64,000 nucleotides of DNA, taken from the NCBI GenBank assembly GCA_030770535.1, contig JASVEC010000028.1, forward strand, positions 186,001 through 250,000. The letters run 5' to 3'. Shown one piece after another: positions 28,979-41,852 of the stretch (within the stretch, counting starts at the first letter, position 1; each line of letters starts with the position of its first letter). Source of the stretch: Batkoa obscura (Eukaryota). The position numbers were made by a program, and so were the translations under genes. Under the pieces are notes generated by a model. The model did no database searches. It was given only the letters and a program-made list of their open reading frames with translations, and was not told the DNA's origin.

Positions 28979-29293
28979 ATATAATAGTCCTAAAACTCAT
29001 GAACAATTTATGAAGTGGGGTATTTTAAAGTTACAAACATCTAAATGATTAACTGGGAGTAATTGTATAGTATTCCGCCATACTAAAAATAATACTAAGC
29101 TAAGAGGCTAGCGGATGGCTTTTTTGTCAAAAATAATTAAGGCGATAAACACATCATTAAGGATTTTATATAGAAACCAAAATGATTGATTTTTGTATTT
29201 TTGAAAATAAATTTTGTTTAAAAATTATTTCCAAGGATATGATTGGTTGGTGTAAGAATATGAGTTTATAGCTTTGTTCTGAAATTGCGATAT

Positions 29294-29391
29294 GGGGATG
29301 TATTTTTTTGTTTAAGAATTATACTAACAGTTTTCCACTTAAATGACGCTTAAAAAATGGAAAAAATAATGAAACCAAAAAAAACATCCCT
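29294..29391 (+). mobile_element. MITE copy 10
   Basis: GGGGATGT...ACATCCCt, ATAT flanks. Confidence 0.9.
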
Positions 29392-29798
29392 ATATTCCTT
29401 CCGAAAATTCGAATTCAAGGTTTACAGCCTAAATCATAGATAATAACATACGAAAAGCGGGCAATTTTTCCATGTTTGGTAAATTGTAACTTAAGCCACA
29501 TCAAAAGAGTTTCAACTAATAATATAAACCTATTGCCCTCTTAAGTTTGAATTTATTGGTTAAAATTAGTTGTATGGGAGAAATTTATACCGGCAATAAT
29601 TAGAAAAACGTATTAATACGTTTCTCGACAACAATGTGTTAATGGAGAGTTTGTCCAAAAGCAATAGCTAATTGATGATTGATTAAATAGTAATAAATTA
29701 AGCAACAAAAGCTATATCTATGATGCATCTAACTATCATACTACTATTTATTCTTTTTTAAACACTAAAATAAACAGCCAATAAAGTATTCAAAATAT

Positions 29799-29895
29799 GG
29801 GGGTACTTTTTTTAGCTCCATTATTTTTTCTATTTTTAAGCGCTATTTCAGCGGAGAGGTTGTTGGTAAAATTCTTAAACAAAAAATACACCCCT
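29799..29895 (-). mobile_element. MITE copy 11
   Basis: GGGGGTAC...ACACCCCt, ATAT flanks. Confidence 0.88.
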
Positions 29896-30118
29896 ATATA
29901 CTTTTATTAATATTAATGGTTTAAACAAGTGTGTATTTTAGTTATATAAATTCATTCATGATTATAGAAATAGCGTGTAAAATATTATAACTCATACATT
30001 AAATAAAGCTGGCTAAAGTAGTTTAGATAGAAATAAGTAAAAATAAGCATAGTTTAATCTAACAAATTTTAATAAAGGTAAAAACTTAAAACTACACTGA
30101 AAAAATAAAAGGGTTAGA

Positions 30119-32453
30119 TTAGGTATTTGGCTCATTATTATTTGTATCGCTTTTCTCATTATTTTCTTCTTTTCGGTTTTCATCCTTTTTGTTAATTAAA
30201 TTGCCTATTACATTTGTTTCATCAATTTGATCCTCAATTTTCTTTATCGATAGACCAAGCTCTTTGACTGAACTTAGTATTATGTTAATAGAGTTCGATA
30301 ACTTTTCATTTTTGATTAATTTCTTTTGTGGTAATTGATCTGAGTTTTTTAAATTTAGCTCACCATGTAAACCATATATGGATTTCCAATAAAAAAGGTT
30401 CATAATTGTTAACAAAACCAATACCCCAGTAAGAGAATATGACTGTGGTAGATCGTTAACATATTCTGCCACATCATTAAACAACTTTGATGCTAGGTTT
30501 ATTATAACTGTCACTCCCGTAACGGTGTTATTTTGTTCAGTACCATTATTCTGATTACCAGTTTCTTCTTTTGAGGATCCATTAATTTCATTGCTTCCTT
30601 CTTTACTTATTCGTTGAATAGAAGGATCTAATAAATCAGATTTACCACTCAGGTATTTTTGTATCTCATTGTCAAATTCTTTGAAGTAGGTTTGGTTCCC
30701 ATCTGCTATGCCTTTTTCTATTGCTGACTTAAGCCAAGACGATTTTAGCCATTCACTGCCCCCAGTAACTACAATGCGAGTCCCTGCCAAACCATCATTC
30801 ATCATACAGAATCGTACTTTGGCTCTAAAAGACGAACCAGAGGGAACATCTAAAGATTCTACTGAACTTTCAATGGTAGCATGATTTGGAAAATCAAAAC
30901 CAACTTGCCTCTCTGTAACAATGCATCTTGTTGACTTAGGTCCTAATGGGTTTGTTAATGGTTTCACATATGTAATTTTACGCACTGGCCCATCCCACGG
31001 TTCCACTTTAACATCTGAATTAAACTTTGATAAAAATCTATAAAGCCACTCGGTTTTTTCTCCGAAAATTAAATCATAAAATTCACTAAGCTGTATATGT
31101 ATAGTTTTATCTAACACCTTTGTATCAAGATGGCCAGTGTAATAGCACGGACATAGAGTTGCTTCATCAGCCGTTTTGTTATTAGAGTTTTCAAAATCAA
31201 ACTCTTTACTGTTTGATGGCTCAGTTGAAGTTGCAGCTGGACATGAATTTGCTGATCCTCGGTTTTTATGAGTTATATCTAATGTTGGAAAATAAGAATC
31301 TTCAGTATTTTCCATAGTCTCTAATTCCGATCTAAACGTATCAATTGGCTTTTCTGTACTATTTGATGATGGGCGTTTTAGATTTGTTCGAATATCTTTC
31401 CATAGGTTAAGCAACTGCATGACCACTGAGTCTCTATTTCTAAAAGAAGTAAACATGTATTTACGATGTAGTGTATTGACCTGGATAGCACTTGGGATTA
31501 CATAAGCCACGTGCCTTTTCTCTATGAATACAATTTCAGAAAAAGGTATCGATATCTAGAAAGAGGATTCAATATTATAAATGTGATTTAAACTATTAAA
31601 ACTAATTACTCTATTAACCCAGCCAAAAAGATTAGAATGAAATGAAACAAAGTTTTGAGTTACATAAAGCCTTCCTTGTACTAAAGTCCCTTTTTGAAGC
31701 GCACAACCATAATCTATAACTTAACTTAATAAAGTAAAGTAAAATATTGATAATATTACCAGAAACCAAAAGCTCAGATAATGGCATTGTTGGGAATAGT
31801 GTATGAAAGTCGGAATTTTTTTTCTTGCTAACAGAATCCATATGGATCGCTTCATTTTGCGTCTGCAAACTTGAGTTATTAATGCTAATCGAATCATTTT
31901 GATCTCCATTCTTATCCTTTTTTGAATTCAAATCTTCTTCATCCATATTATTTATATTAGCTAATTCGTTTTTATGATTTTCTAAACTTTCAGGTTCTTT
32001 TGAGTCAATTGTTTTAGTTGACTCATTAAAACTCTTTAGATCCAGGCTTGTTTCCGAACTCTTGTCAGATCTTTTATCACCATTTAGAGTTTTGATCAAT
32101 TCATCTGTTAATGACAATGGAGAGCCTGGGGAAAACTCAAAAGGATTGGCGTTACGAGGCAGAGATTTGGTAGTTAAATTAGGAATCACAGGCTTTGAAG
32201 GCTTTGCTTTAGCTAAAGGTAAAGTAAGTCCATTACCTTGAATTTTAATTTTAGGGGTACTGAGTTGCTTTTTTTCCTCCGTCTCTTCCGCTATATGTGC
32301 TGATTGTGGCTCTTTTATATTAATGTCCGATTGCGGCGATAAGGGAAAACCTGGTGTACTAGGTGAATAAGGCAATGGAGCAAGCTTTTGTTTTGATTTC
32401 TTGCTGCCTCCATTTACTGGTCCGGCAATTTTTAATTCATCTGAACTGGACAT
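30119..32453 (-). CDS. GRAM + VASt (StART-like) sterol-transfer membrane protein (LAM/Ltc/GRAMD1 family)
   Basis: KKNSDFHTLFPTMP...DYGCALQK...VQGRLYVTQNFCFISF (GRAM); YVKPLTNPLGPKSTRC, DVPSGSSF, WLKSSWLKSAIEKG (VASt); C-terminal TM helix and coiled coil. Confidence 0.88.
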
Positions 32454-32975
32454 TTTATAGAACAAACAATCTAAAAAAAATAAACTGAACTTTAAATTTA
32501 TGTTTCCACTTTTATGCTATTTCAAATTAATTAATTACATAAAAAACAAAACTTCAAAGCCAATAGAATAAAGCTAAGCGCCAAGTTTCAACATTTTGTT
32601 TATTTTTTAATTCGCTGTAATCTAACTTTAGGGAGAGGAGAAATTCTTTTACTTTTCTTAATCCTTTTTGACTGATTTAAACCCTGAATATATTTATACC
32701 AACTTTTATTTAAATAGCTGACATAACAATATTATTTCAGCGCCTCTTTTAAAACCTTCTTGAAATGACCGCCAAGAGTAGCGTAAAATTTGTAAGAATA
32801 GACAATTACACTTTTTTGGATCTTGAACAAAAATACCCCAATCAGGGTTTGATACTAGGAAACATAATGATTATGTCATAAAATCCCTTGGTTTATTACT
32901 TTAATTTCCTATTAGACCGAAAATCAAAATCAGAAACATAAAATTAAAAAAACTATATTATAATAAAGCTTTTTA

Positions 32976-33341
32976 TTAATAACTATGAGTATAACAATTT
33001 GTAGGGCTTATAATAATACATTTAGTTTCATAATCAGTAACTAATACAGTTGATGTAACAGTTTTAGTTGGGCAATCTTTTGTATAGCAAGTAGTAGGCT
33101 TAACGGTAATAGTTTTAGTATCAATATTTGTCACAGTCGAGGTTGAAGTAACTGTGTCAGAGGGACAGTACTTGGTAGAACAAGTAGTAGGTTGAGCCGT
33201 GATTGTTTTAGTATTGGAGCAAGTAACAGTTATCGTAGAGGTAGTAGTATTTGTAGGACAATACCTTGGTTTGCATTTCTCAATTTTATGAGAGTTCAAT
33301 CTTAAAGAAATTGCGAGAACTAAAGTTAAAATTTTATACAT
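32976..33341 (-). CDS. Small secreted Cys/Thr-rich protein with three 31-aa repeats (121 aa)
   Basis: Signal-like MYKILTLVLAISL; repeats YCPxxTxTSTxTVTxxxTKTITxxPTTCxTK; TATAAAA about 60 bp upstream. Confidence 0.7.
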   Translation of the reverse strand: MYKILTLVLAISLRLNSHKIEKCKPRYCPTNTTTSTITVTCSNTKTITAQPTTCSTKYCPSDTVTSTSTVTNIDTKTITVKPTTCYTKDCPTKTVTSTVLVTDYETKCIIISPTNCYTHSY

Positions 33342-34148
33342 TAATTTTATAAACAATCAAAAAGCAGTTTAGATTTAATTTTGTTATTTCAATATCGTTG
33401 GTTTTATACTTTAATTTTCATATCGCTTCTCTTAATCAGTCATAATTATAGTTTTAATGTTCTTTATCATCATAGCTTTAATATCTTGAAATTTCAATGA
33501 TAAAAGAACTTCCTTTAACTTTTATTAAAATTTTAGTATAGGCAGAGAAGTGATAAATTGAAGAACCCGCTACTATTTCTTATTATAAAACCTGTTTTCT
33601 CACATAAAATAAGTTAAAATTAACTTTTAATTTATTTCGTGATAAATAAATAGCTTATTGAGATCAAACAAAGTCTTGAGGATTTTAAAAAAATATTGTG
33701 AAGCAAACTCAAATTTTACACCATTTGAATAGAGTTAAGATTTTCTGATAGCTACTATTTCTAAAAATACGTTTCGAGTTCTTTATTTATCAATTATAAG
33801 CATTTCGGCTAAAATGTAGCTGGTTGAGATAAATTATAATAGTTGTTTTTAAATTATACAAAGATTAATCAATTCTTTGTAACAGTTTCAAATTCTATTA
33901 TTGCTTTGGACTCCACTTTATATTTAATAATTCTTTAACTTCAAAATCAAATGTAAAATAAATTAAAGTATTTTAAAATTAGCTACAAGATAATTAGATA
34001 AAATTTTTAACAAAATATATTATGCTATTGTATTGTAATCAGTTTGAGAAGATTGTGTATAAAAGAGAAGATTTTTAATTCAATAAAATCAAAAACATTT
34101 AATATTTAAACAGACATTGAGATTGACTTTTAACATCCAACAAGTACA

Positions 34149-34316
34149 ATGAAATTTTTAGCTATAGTTTTCTTTGCCTCTTCAATCCTTTCTCAAGACT
34201 TGATAAATGACTGGAAACCTCCATATTGTCCTCCACGTCCAACTACCTATATTACTAGTACTACCACCACGTATGTCACTAAAACCGAAACTAAGCCTTG
34301 TCCAACTTGGTGGTAA
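34149..34316 (+). CDS. 55-aa secreted Cys/Thr/Pro-rich peptide (below the ORF-track cutoff)
   Basis: MKFLAIVFFASSILSQDLINDWKPPYCPPRPTTYITSTTTTYVTKTETKPCPTWW*; signal peptide, TATAAAA at ~34058, motif shared with the neighbouring gene. Confidence 0.72.
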   Translation: MKFLAIVFFASSILSQDLINDWKPPYCPPRPTTYITSTTTTYVTKTETKPCPTWW

Positions 34317-34594
34317 TCAGCTTAATAATTGTGCTATTATACCTTAACAAGGTTTGTCAAGTTTTCTAATAAATATTGGTTTAACTATATTTCTGTTATC
34401 TGATTTATCTATGATTTTTTTAAATATTTATACCCTTTTAATGTATATTTTAATAGAGCTTTTTAAATTTAGATCAGCTGTAAATAGTACTAAGCATAAT
34501 AGTAATAATATTTGTAAGTTATATTAGAATATACTGTTAACAATAAATTCATTATACATTCAGTAAATACTTTTTGAACCATAAGCCAATAAAT

Positions 34595-34692
34595 GGGGAT
34601 GTATTTTTTTGTTTAAGAATTTTACTAATAATCTTTCTGCTCAAATAGCACTTAAAAAATAGAAAAAATAATGAAGCTAAAAAAACACCCCC
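34595..34692 (+). mobile_element. MITE copy 12 (AAAT target duplication)
   Basis: GGGGATGT...ACACCCCC flanked by AAAT on both sides. Confidence 0.92.
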
Positions 34693-34860
34693 AAATGTTA
34701 ACAATTTTTATAAAAATAGTTTAATATGCTATTTGTATAATGTGTTAAAAATAACTAGATAAAGGCCTTATCATTGTTAATTGAGGTAAAATAAGTTACA
34801 ATAATCATTAATTACACTATTATTTAATATATTTGTTAATTTACAAATATTCAATAATTA

Positions 34861-36027
34861 TCAAAAAGGATTTTTATAAGCAACAGGGCCAAAATGATTG
34901 GAAATAAACTCATAACAAAGAAAACCAACTGCAGTAGAAGGAACAGCTTTGTACAAAGAGTTACCAAATCCTTTAAAGAAAAAATTCCTCGCACCTTCCC
35001 TTTTAATAAGTTTGAGTATCTGTTTTGCGGTGCCACTATAAAGTTTTTTGAAATAGGGTTGATTAATTTCCATTTTTCCAGCCCTTACTAACAGTATTGT
35101 TCTGGCTTTTTCTAAAGGATAATCTATAAATTGGAATCCTGTTCCAGCTATAATTCCTGATGCTACAACTATACTTCCTTGTTTAAATACTTGACCCCAA
35201 GTTAATTTTGTTTCGGGTGTTTTTATTATACCGTAATGATCTGTCAAGTATCTTTTGCTATTTTCAAACAATCCAAAAAAGGCTGCAAATCCTAATGAAT
35301 CCTAGTCCTTTTTAGTAAAAATCAAATAATAAATAATAATTGTTACTTTTACGCAATTTAGCAAAAACCCACGATAAGCTGCACTAACTCCCAATTGTTT
35401 TAATGTAGATTTATAATATGCTGATATATTCCTATGCTTTCCATCTAACAATTGCTTAGCCTCCATCCTTATTTTTATTGAATCAAAAGGGGTTGCTATA
35501 ATAGATTGTGAAAACCCGGCCATAAACCCAGCTAGATAAAAAGAGGTACTTTGGTCAAAATGATTCTTGAAGATGGGGAGTGTTTGATCATAAGTGGCAA
35601 ATAGACTTATCCCAATAAACGAATTGATAAACATAGGTGGTAAAACATACTTTGGTATAAATTTCATCCCCTTTTTTTTAACTGCGTGAGATATCAATCC
35701 AATAGATGTGGTTCGAAAATTAATTAATTGTCCACTTTTTTTCTTCATTTGTTCAGGTGGAACAAGCGCTCTGGCTAAATCTAAGTAATCTATCCTTATT
35801 GGCCTGAACAGTTTTATTGGGGCACGAAACCAAAAATATAAAGGATACATGATTACAGAACGAGCAATCCCAGTTAATACAGAAGAATATGGGGAATTTT
35901 TCATTTGATTTATCGGGTCTATTTCTCCATTAAATATTGGTGGTACGTTTATTTCACAATCGATATTTGTTTCAGCTAAAGCGTCTCTATTTATTTCATC
36001 AGCCGTCACTTCCATACCTTCTGCCAT
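34861..36027 (-). CDS. Mitochondrial carrier (SLC25) family protein, 2 exons
   Basis: Carrier signatures ATPFDSIKIR and DYPLEKART, plus AAYRGF and FFKGFGNSLYKAVPSTAVGFLCYE; substrate not assignable. Confidence 0.85.
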
Positions 36028-36211
36028 TGTTAAAAAACGATTAATTGATAAGTTACCCAAAAAAATTCAAATAATGAAGTTAGCCAATCGTAGTGCTTTA
36101 AATTCCATAATTAAAAACATTGTGAATGCCATTTTTCGTTTCTAATTTTGTCCACTTTTTAAGCTCTTGAAATTTAAATAAAATTCTATCAAATTTTGAA
36201 CATCAACATAT

Positions 36212-36310
36212 GGGGGTGTTTTTTTTGATTTCGTCACTTTTTCCATCTTTTAAGTGTTATTTGAGTGGGAAAACTATTAGTAAAATTCATAAACAAAAAA
36301 ATACATCCTC
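36212..36310 (-). mobile_element. MITE copy 13
   Basis: GGGGGTGT...ACATCCTC, ATAT flanks. Confidence 0.9.
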
Positions 36311-36565
36311 ATATGAAAATTTTACCCTTAACTTTAACCAAATTTTTAAACTTACCCATATACAAAATACATTGTTTTTAAATGTAATTTATTAGTTCTT
36401 AGGTCAAATAAAATAAGCAAGAAAGTATTAAAAGGTGAGTCAAAAAGGTGAAAAGTTGTAGTATTTATTAAAAACAATAAAAATAAGATGGAAACAAAGC
36501 TGAATATTGATCTAAATTCATGATTTCAAAATATAGAAAATTAACTAAAAAAGCAAAGCTGACAA

Positions 36566-37330
36566 CTAAAAGCAACCACCAGCACCAGCACCGCAGCCTC
36601 CATGTTGTAAGTCAAATTGTCCAATTGTACCAAAGATGGAAGTAAAATTGTATTCTTTAGCAAACCCATCTTCAATGAAACTTTTATTTAAATATGCCTT
36701 ATAGCCATCTCTTCCAAACGATAAAGCGATGATTTTACCAAGATCGAAGCTCATTATAGCTCTCTTTGAACCTTTCGTATCTGGGTGAACTGAGATTAAG
36801 AAACATTTCAATAGATGATTGAGTAAAGCATAAGCAAGTACAATCAATATCCTATCTGTTGGGTCAATGATCTTATTCAATTTGAAAGTACCTTCGATGC
36901 TCGATTTAGCCGTGTAATTACCTACATTCTCTTTGCTATAGATTATTTTACACATGTCGCCTCTCAGTTTGATCGAAAATGTTTTATTACTATTCATAGT
37001 ATGAAACTGCCACTCCATACTGTTAATAGGCCTTAAAGTTGCTATATCCTTTTGAACTCCATCCATGATCATAAACCTCATCTCAAGGCTTTTTCCGGTC
37101 ATCATCTCTTCAAAGTTCATTTGAACGTGTAATTCATTGCTATCACAAAGTAAATAGATTTCTTGCCTATTAATTTTCATTTGATACTTTTTATCTGTTG
37201 CATTAAGTATGTTCCAATAAAACTCATTATCTAAATTTAAATATGATAGCTTCAATGTATCTAAACCACTACCTCCTTCATTAGACCCGAATATCTTTTT
37301 GAAAAAATTTTCAATTGTGACTAAAATCAT
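36566..37330 (-). CDS. Uncharacterised 254-aa protein, tandem copy 1 (C-terminus ...GGCGAGAGGCF)
   Basis: Intronless ORF; the ATG at 37330 gives the same length as copy 3. Confidence 0.8.
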   Translation of the reverse strand: MILVTIENFFKKIFGSNEGGSGLDTLKLSYLNLDNEFYWNILNATDKKYQMKINRQEIYLLCDSNELHVQMNFEEMMTGKSLEMRFMIMDGVQKDIATLRPINSMEWQFHTMNSNKTFSIKLRGDMCKIIYSKENVGNYTAKSSIEGTFKLNKIIDPTDRILIVLAYALLNHLLKCFLISVHPDTKGSKRAIMSFDLGKIIALSFGRDGYKAYLNKSFIEDGFAKEYNFTSIFGTIGQFDLQHGGCGAGAGGCF

Positions 37331-40300
37331 GACTAGAATAATTATCACTTACAATTATTTTCTTAGCTTTTTATATTATTTTTCTGATATATATGAGATC
37401 GCTTTATACTCACTTTTGTTCCATTAAAATTGATATCAAATTCCAGAACAATAAAACGGTCTTATATTGATCAAATAGTAATTAGTGGAATAGAACAAAT
37501 TAATTGGAAAATTTTAAGACCAACTACTCATAGTAATGTGTTTTTAGTTTAATACTCTGAAAAGTTAATAAATTACTACTATGATTTAATTAGCTATACC
37601 TTCTGCTGTTACATCTTTGATTTATTGAGTTGCTCAAACTGGTTACAATATGAGTTTATTAGCTAGGTCAAGCTAACCATATCAAGGTTTAAAATGCAGG
37701 TATTACAATTGTGATGGTTAAAAACTTAGAGTATCAACTTAAAAATCCTTTTCATTTTTATTCCTTAGCAATGCTATTATAAAGTAAAGAAACACCGCCT
37801 TCAAAGAACATAAATTTATTACTATTATAACAAAATACTTACTGCTTTATTTGGCAATTCACATGACCTTTACTCTTTGGCTGACATTTTATAATTTTAA
37901 TGAATATCATTAAGATATTCATTAAAATTATAAACGTTTAAAAGGGTCAACTCTAAAATTGCGACTGACAGCATCACCTTTTAGGTTGATCCGAAAAAAA
38001 ATGTAAATATTCCCTTTCAATTACCCTAATTTACTTATTAGAAAGTTCAGTTTTAGTACTCTAGTAATTTACACAAATAATCATTTTATCAAATAATAAA
38101 TATAAATGAAAAATCTGTGATAAAAATAATAGAAAAGATAGCTTAATGTTATAAATCTTTCTAGTAAACAACTATTAGATAAGCTACAACATGTTCGTTA
38201 CTTTATATTTAATAGAACTTCCGTAGTATTTTCAATAAGTTTAACTTTGTTATATTAAATAGTATAAAATTTACACTCGGCTTTTAGAGCTTTTATAAAT
38301 TAATGTAAGCTATAGTAATTTAATATAAATATAGAAAAAAAATCACATAAATACTAAGGTTACATCATGTTTGAAAGCACTTCATTTAAAATAAGAAATT
38401 TAAAACAAATATTATCAAAATTAAAAAAAAGTATTTATCACTTAATATAATACATGCAAGAAATTTTTCTAAATGCATTAAGTATTATATTTTAGTATGT
38501 TTAAATATTTAAACTTTTGCTTTATTTTATTGATCAATTAACTTAAAAGAAATCACATATTTGATAGATAACATCGATCAACTAAAAGCTATATTACAGA
38601 TTTTGTTAAACACATAGAAAAAGAAATAGGCGATACTAATAGATAATGAATATTGCTTGATAGGATTAAATAAGGGTATTCAATTATTAGATGTTTAAAG
38701 TTTATATCTAACCACCTAATTATACATAAGACATGAAATTTTATAATTATTGGTTATAGTTAAATAAGGATAAAAAATAGAATATACAATACATTTATTC
38801 TTTATCACATAATTAGTTTAAAATATAAAATAATTAAAATTATAAAATATAGAACATCAACACAATTAAAAGCAATCACCAGCACCAGCACCGCAGCCTC
38901 CATGTTGTAAGTCAAATTGTCCAATTGTACCAAAGATGGAAGTAAAATTGTATTCTTTAGCAAACCCATCTTCAATGAAACTTTTATTTAAATATGCCTT
39001 ATAGCCATCTCTTCCAAACGATAAAGCGATGATTTTACCAAGATCGAAGCTCATTATAGCTCTCTTTGAACCTTTCGTATCTGGGTGAACTGAGATTAAG
39101 AAACATTTCAATAGATGATTGAGTAAAGCATAAGCAAGTACAATCAATATCCTATCTGTTGGGTCAATGATCTTATTCAATTTGAAAGTACCTTCGATGC
39201 TCGATTTAGCCGTGTAATTACCTACATTCTCTTTGCTATAGATTATTTTACACATGTCGCCTCTCAGTTTGATCGAAAATGTTTTATTACTATTCATAGT
39301 ATGAAACTGCCACTCCATACTGTTAATAGGCCTTAAAGTTGCTATATCCTTTTGAACTCCATCCATGATCATAAACCTCATCTCAAGGCTTTTTCCGGTC
39401 ATCATCTCTTCAAAGTTCATTTGAACGTGTAATTCATTGCTATCACAAAGTAAATAGATTTCTTGCCTATTAATTTTCATTTGATACTTTTTATCTGTTG
39501 CATTAAGTATGTTCCAATAAAACTCATTATCTAAATTTAAATATGATAGCTTCAATGTATCTAAACCACTACCTCCTTCATTAGACCCGAATATCTTTTT
39601 GAAAAAATTTTCAATTGTGACTAAAATCATGACTAGAATAATTATCACTTACAATTATTTTCTTAGCTTTTTATATTATTTTTCTGATATATATGAGATC
39701 GCTTTATACTCACTTTTGTTCCATTAAAATTGATATCAAATTCCAGAACAATAAAACGGTCTTATATTGATCAAATAGTAATTAGTGGAATAGAACAAAT
39801 TAATTGGAAAATTTTAAGACCAACTACTCATAGTAATGTGTTTTTAGTTTAATACTCTGAAAAGTTAATAAATTACTACTATGATTTAATTAGCTATACC
39901 TTCTGCTGTTACATCTTTGATTTATTGAGTTGCTCAAACTGGTTACAATATGAGTTTATTAGCTAGGTCAAGCTAACCATATCAAGGTTTAAAATGCAGG
40001 TATTACAATTGTGATGGTTAAAAACTTAGAGTATCAACTTAAAAATCCTTTTCATTTTTATTCCTTAGCAATGCTATTATAAAGTAAAGAAACACCGCCT
40101 TCAAAGAACATAAATTTATTACTATTATAACAAAATACTTACTGCTTTATTTGGCAATTCACATGACCTTTACTCTTTGGCTGACATTTTATAATTTTAA
40201 TGAATATCATTAAGATATTCATTAAAATTATAAACGTTTAAAAGGGTCAACTCTAAAATTGCGACTGACAGCATCACCTTTTAGGTTGATCCGAAAAAAA

Positions 40301-41852
40301 ATGTAAATATTCCCTTTCAATTACCCTAATTTACTTATTAGAAAGTTCAGTTTTAGTACTCTAGTAATTTACACAAATAATCATTTTATCAAATAATAAA
40401 TATAAATGAAAAATCTGTGATAAAAATAATAGAAAAGATAGCTTAATGTTATAAATCTTTCTAGTAAACAACTATTAGATAAGCTACAACATGTTCGTTA
40501 CTTTATATTTAATAGAACTTCCGTAGTATTTTCAATAAGTTTAACTTTGTTATATTAAATAGTATAAAATTTACACTCGGCTTTTAGAGCTTTTATAAAT
40601 TAATGTAAGCTATAGTAATTTAATATAAATATAGAAAAAAAATCACATAAATACTAAGGTTACATCATGTTTGAAAGCACTTCATTTAAAATAAGAAATT
40701 TAAAACAAATATTATCAAAATTAAAAAAAAGTATTTATCACTTAATATAATACATGCAAGAAATTTTTCTAAATGCATTAAGTATTATATTTTAGTATGT
40801 TTAAATATTTAAACTTTTGCTTTATTTTATTGATCAATTAACTTAAAAGAAATCACATATTTGATAGATAACATCGATCAACTAAAAGCTATATTACAGA
40901 TTTTGTTAAACACATAGAAAAAGAAATAGGCGATACTAATAGATAATGAATATTGCTTGATAGGATTAAATAAGGGTATTCAATTATTAGATGTTTAAAG
41001 TTTATATCTAACCACCTAATTATACATAAGACATGAAATTTTATAATTATTGGTTATAGTTAAATAAGGATAAAAAATAGAATATACAATACATTTATTC
41101 TTTATCACATAATTAGTTTAAAATATAAAATAATTAAAATTATAAAATATAGAACATCAACACAATTAAAAGCAATCACCAGCACCAGCACCGCAGCCTC
41201 CATGTTGTAAGTCAAATTGTCCAATTGTACCAAAGATGGAAGTAAAATTGTATTCTTTAGCAAACCCATCTTCAATGAAACTTTTATTTAAATATGCCTT
41301 ATAGCCATCTCTTCCAAACGATAAAGCGATGATTTTACCAAGATCGAAGCTCATTATAGCTCTCTTTGAACCTTTCGTATCTGGGTGAACTGAGATTAAG
41401 AAACATTTCAATAGATGATTGAGTAAAGCATAAGCAAGTACAATCAATATCCTATCTGTTGGGTCAATGATCTTATTCAATTTGAAAGTACCTTCGATGC
41501 TCGATTTAGCCGTGTAATTACCTACATTCTCTTTGCTATAGATTATTTTACACATGTCGCCTCTCAGTTTGATCGAAAATGTTTTATTACTATTCATAGT
41601 ATGAAACTGCCACTCCATACTGTTAATAGGCCTTAAAGTTGCTATATCCTTTTGAACTCCATCCATGATCATAAACCTCATCTCAAGGCTTTTTCCGGTC
41701 ATCATCTCTTCAAAGTTCATTTGAACGTGTAATTCATTGCTATCACAAAGTAAATAGATTTCTTGCCTATTAATTTTCATTTGATACTTTTTATCTGTTG
41801 CATTAAGTATGTTCCAATAAAACTCATTATCTAAATTTAAATATGATAGCTT
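36576..41852. repeat. Tandem repeat, period 2300 bp, ~2.3 units, no differences seen by eye
   Basis: Sequence at n matches n+2300 through coding and intergenic DNA. Confidence 0.95.
38866..39630 (-). CDS. Uncharacterised 254-aa protein, tandem copy 2 (chimeric)
   Basis: N-terminus of copy 1, C-terminus and 3' flank of copy 3. Confidence 0.8.
   Translation of the reverse strand: MILVTIENFFKKIFGSNEGGSGLDTLKLSYLNLDNEFYWNILNATDKKYQMKINRQEIYLLCDSNELHVQMNFEEMMTGKSLEMRFMIMDGVQKDIATLRPINSMEWQFHTMNSNKTFSIKLRGDMCKIIYSKENVGNYTAKSSIEGTFKLNKIIDPTDRILIVLAYALLNHLLKCFLISVHPDTKGSKRAIMSFDLGKIIALSFGRDGYKAYLNKSFIEDGFAKEYNFTSIFGTIGQFDLQHGGCGAGAGDCF

Noticed and set aside
37331..37348. GTG-initiated 260-aa versions of the repeat gene
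   Set aside because: The ATG at 37330/39630 gives 254 aa, aligning exactly with copy 3
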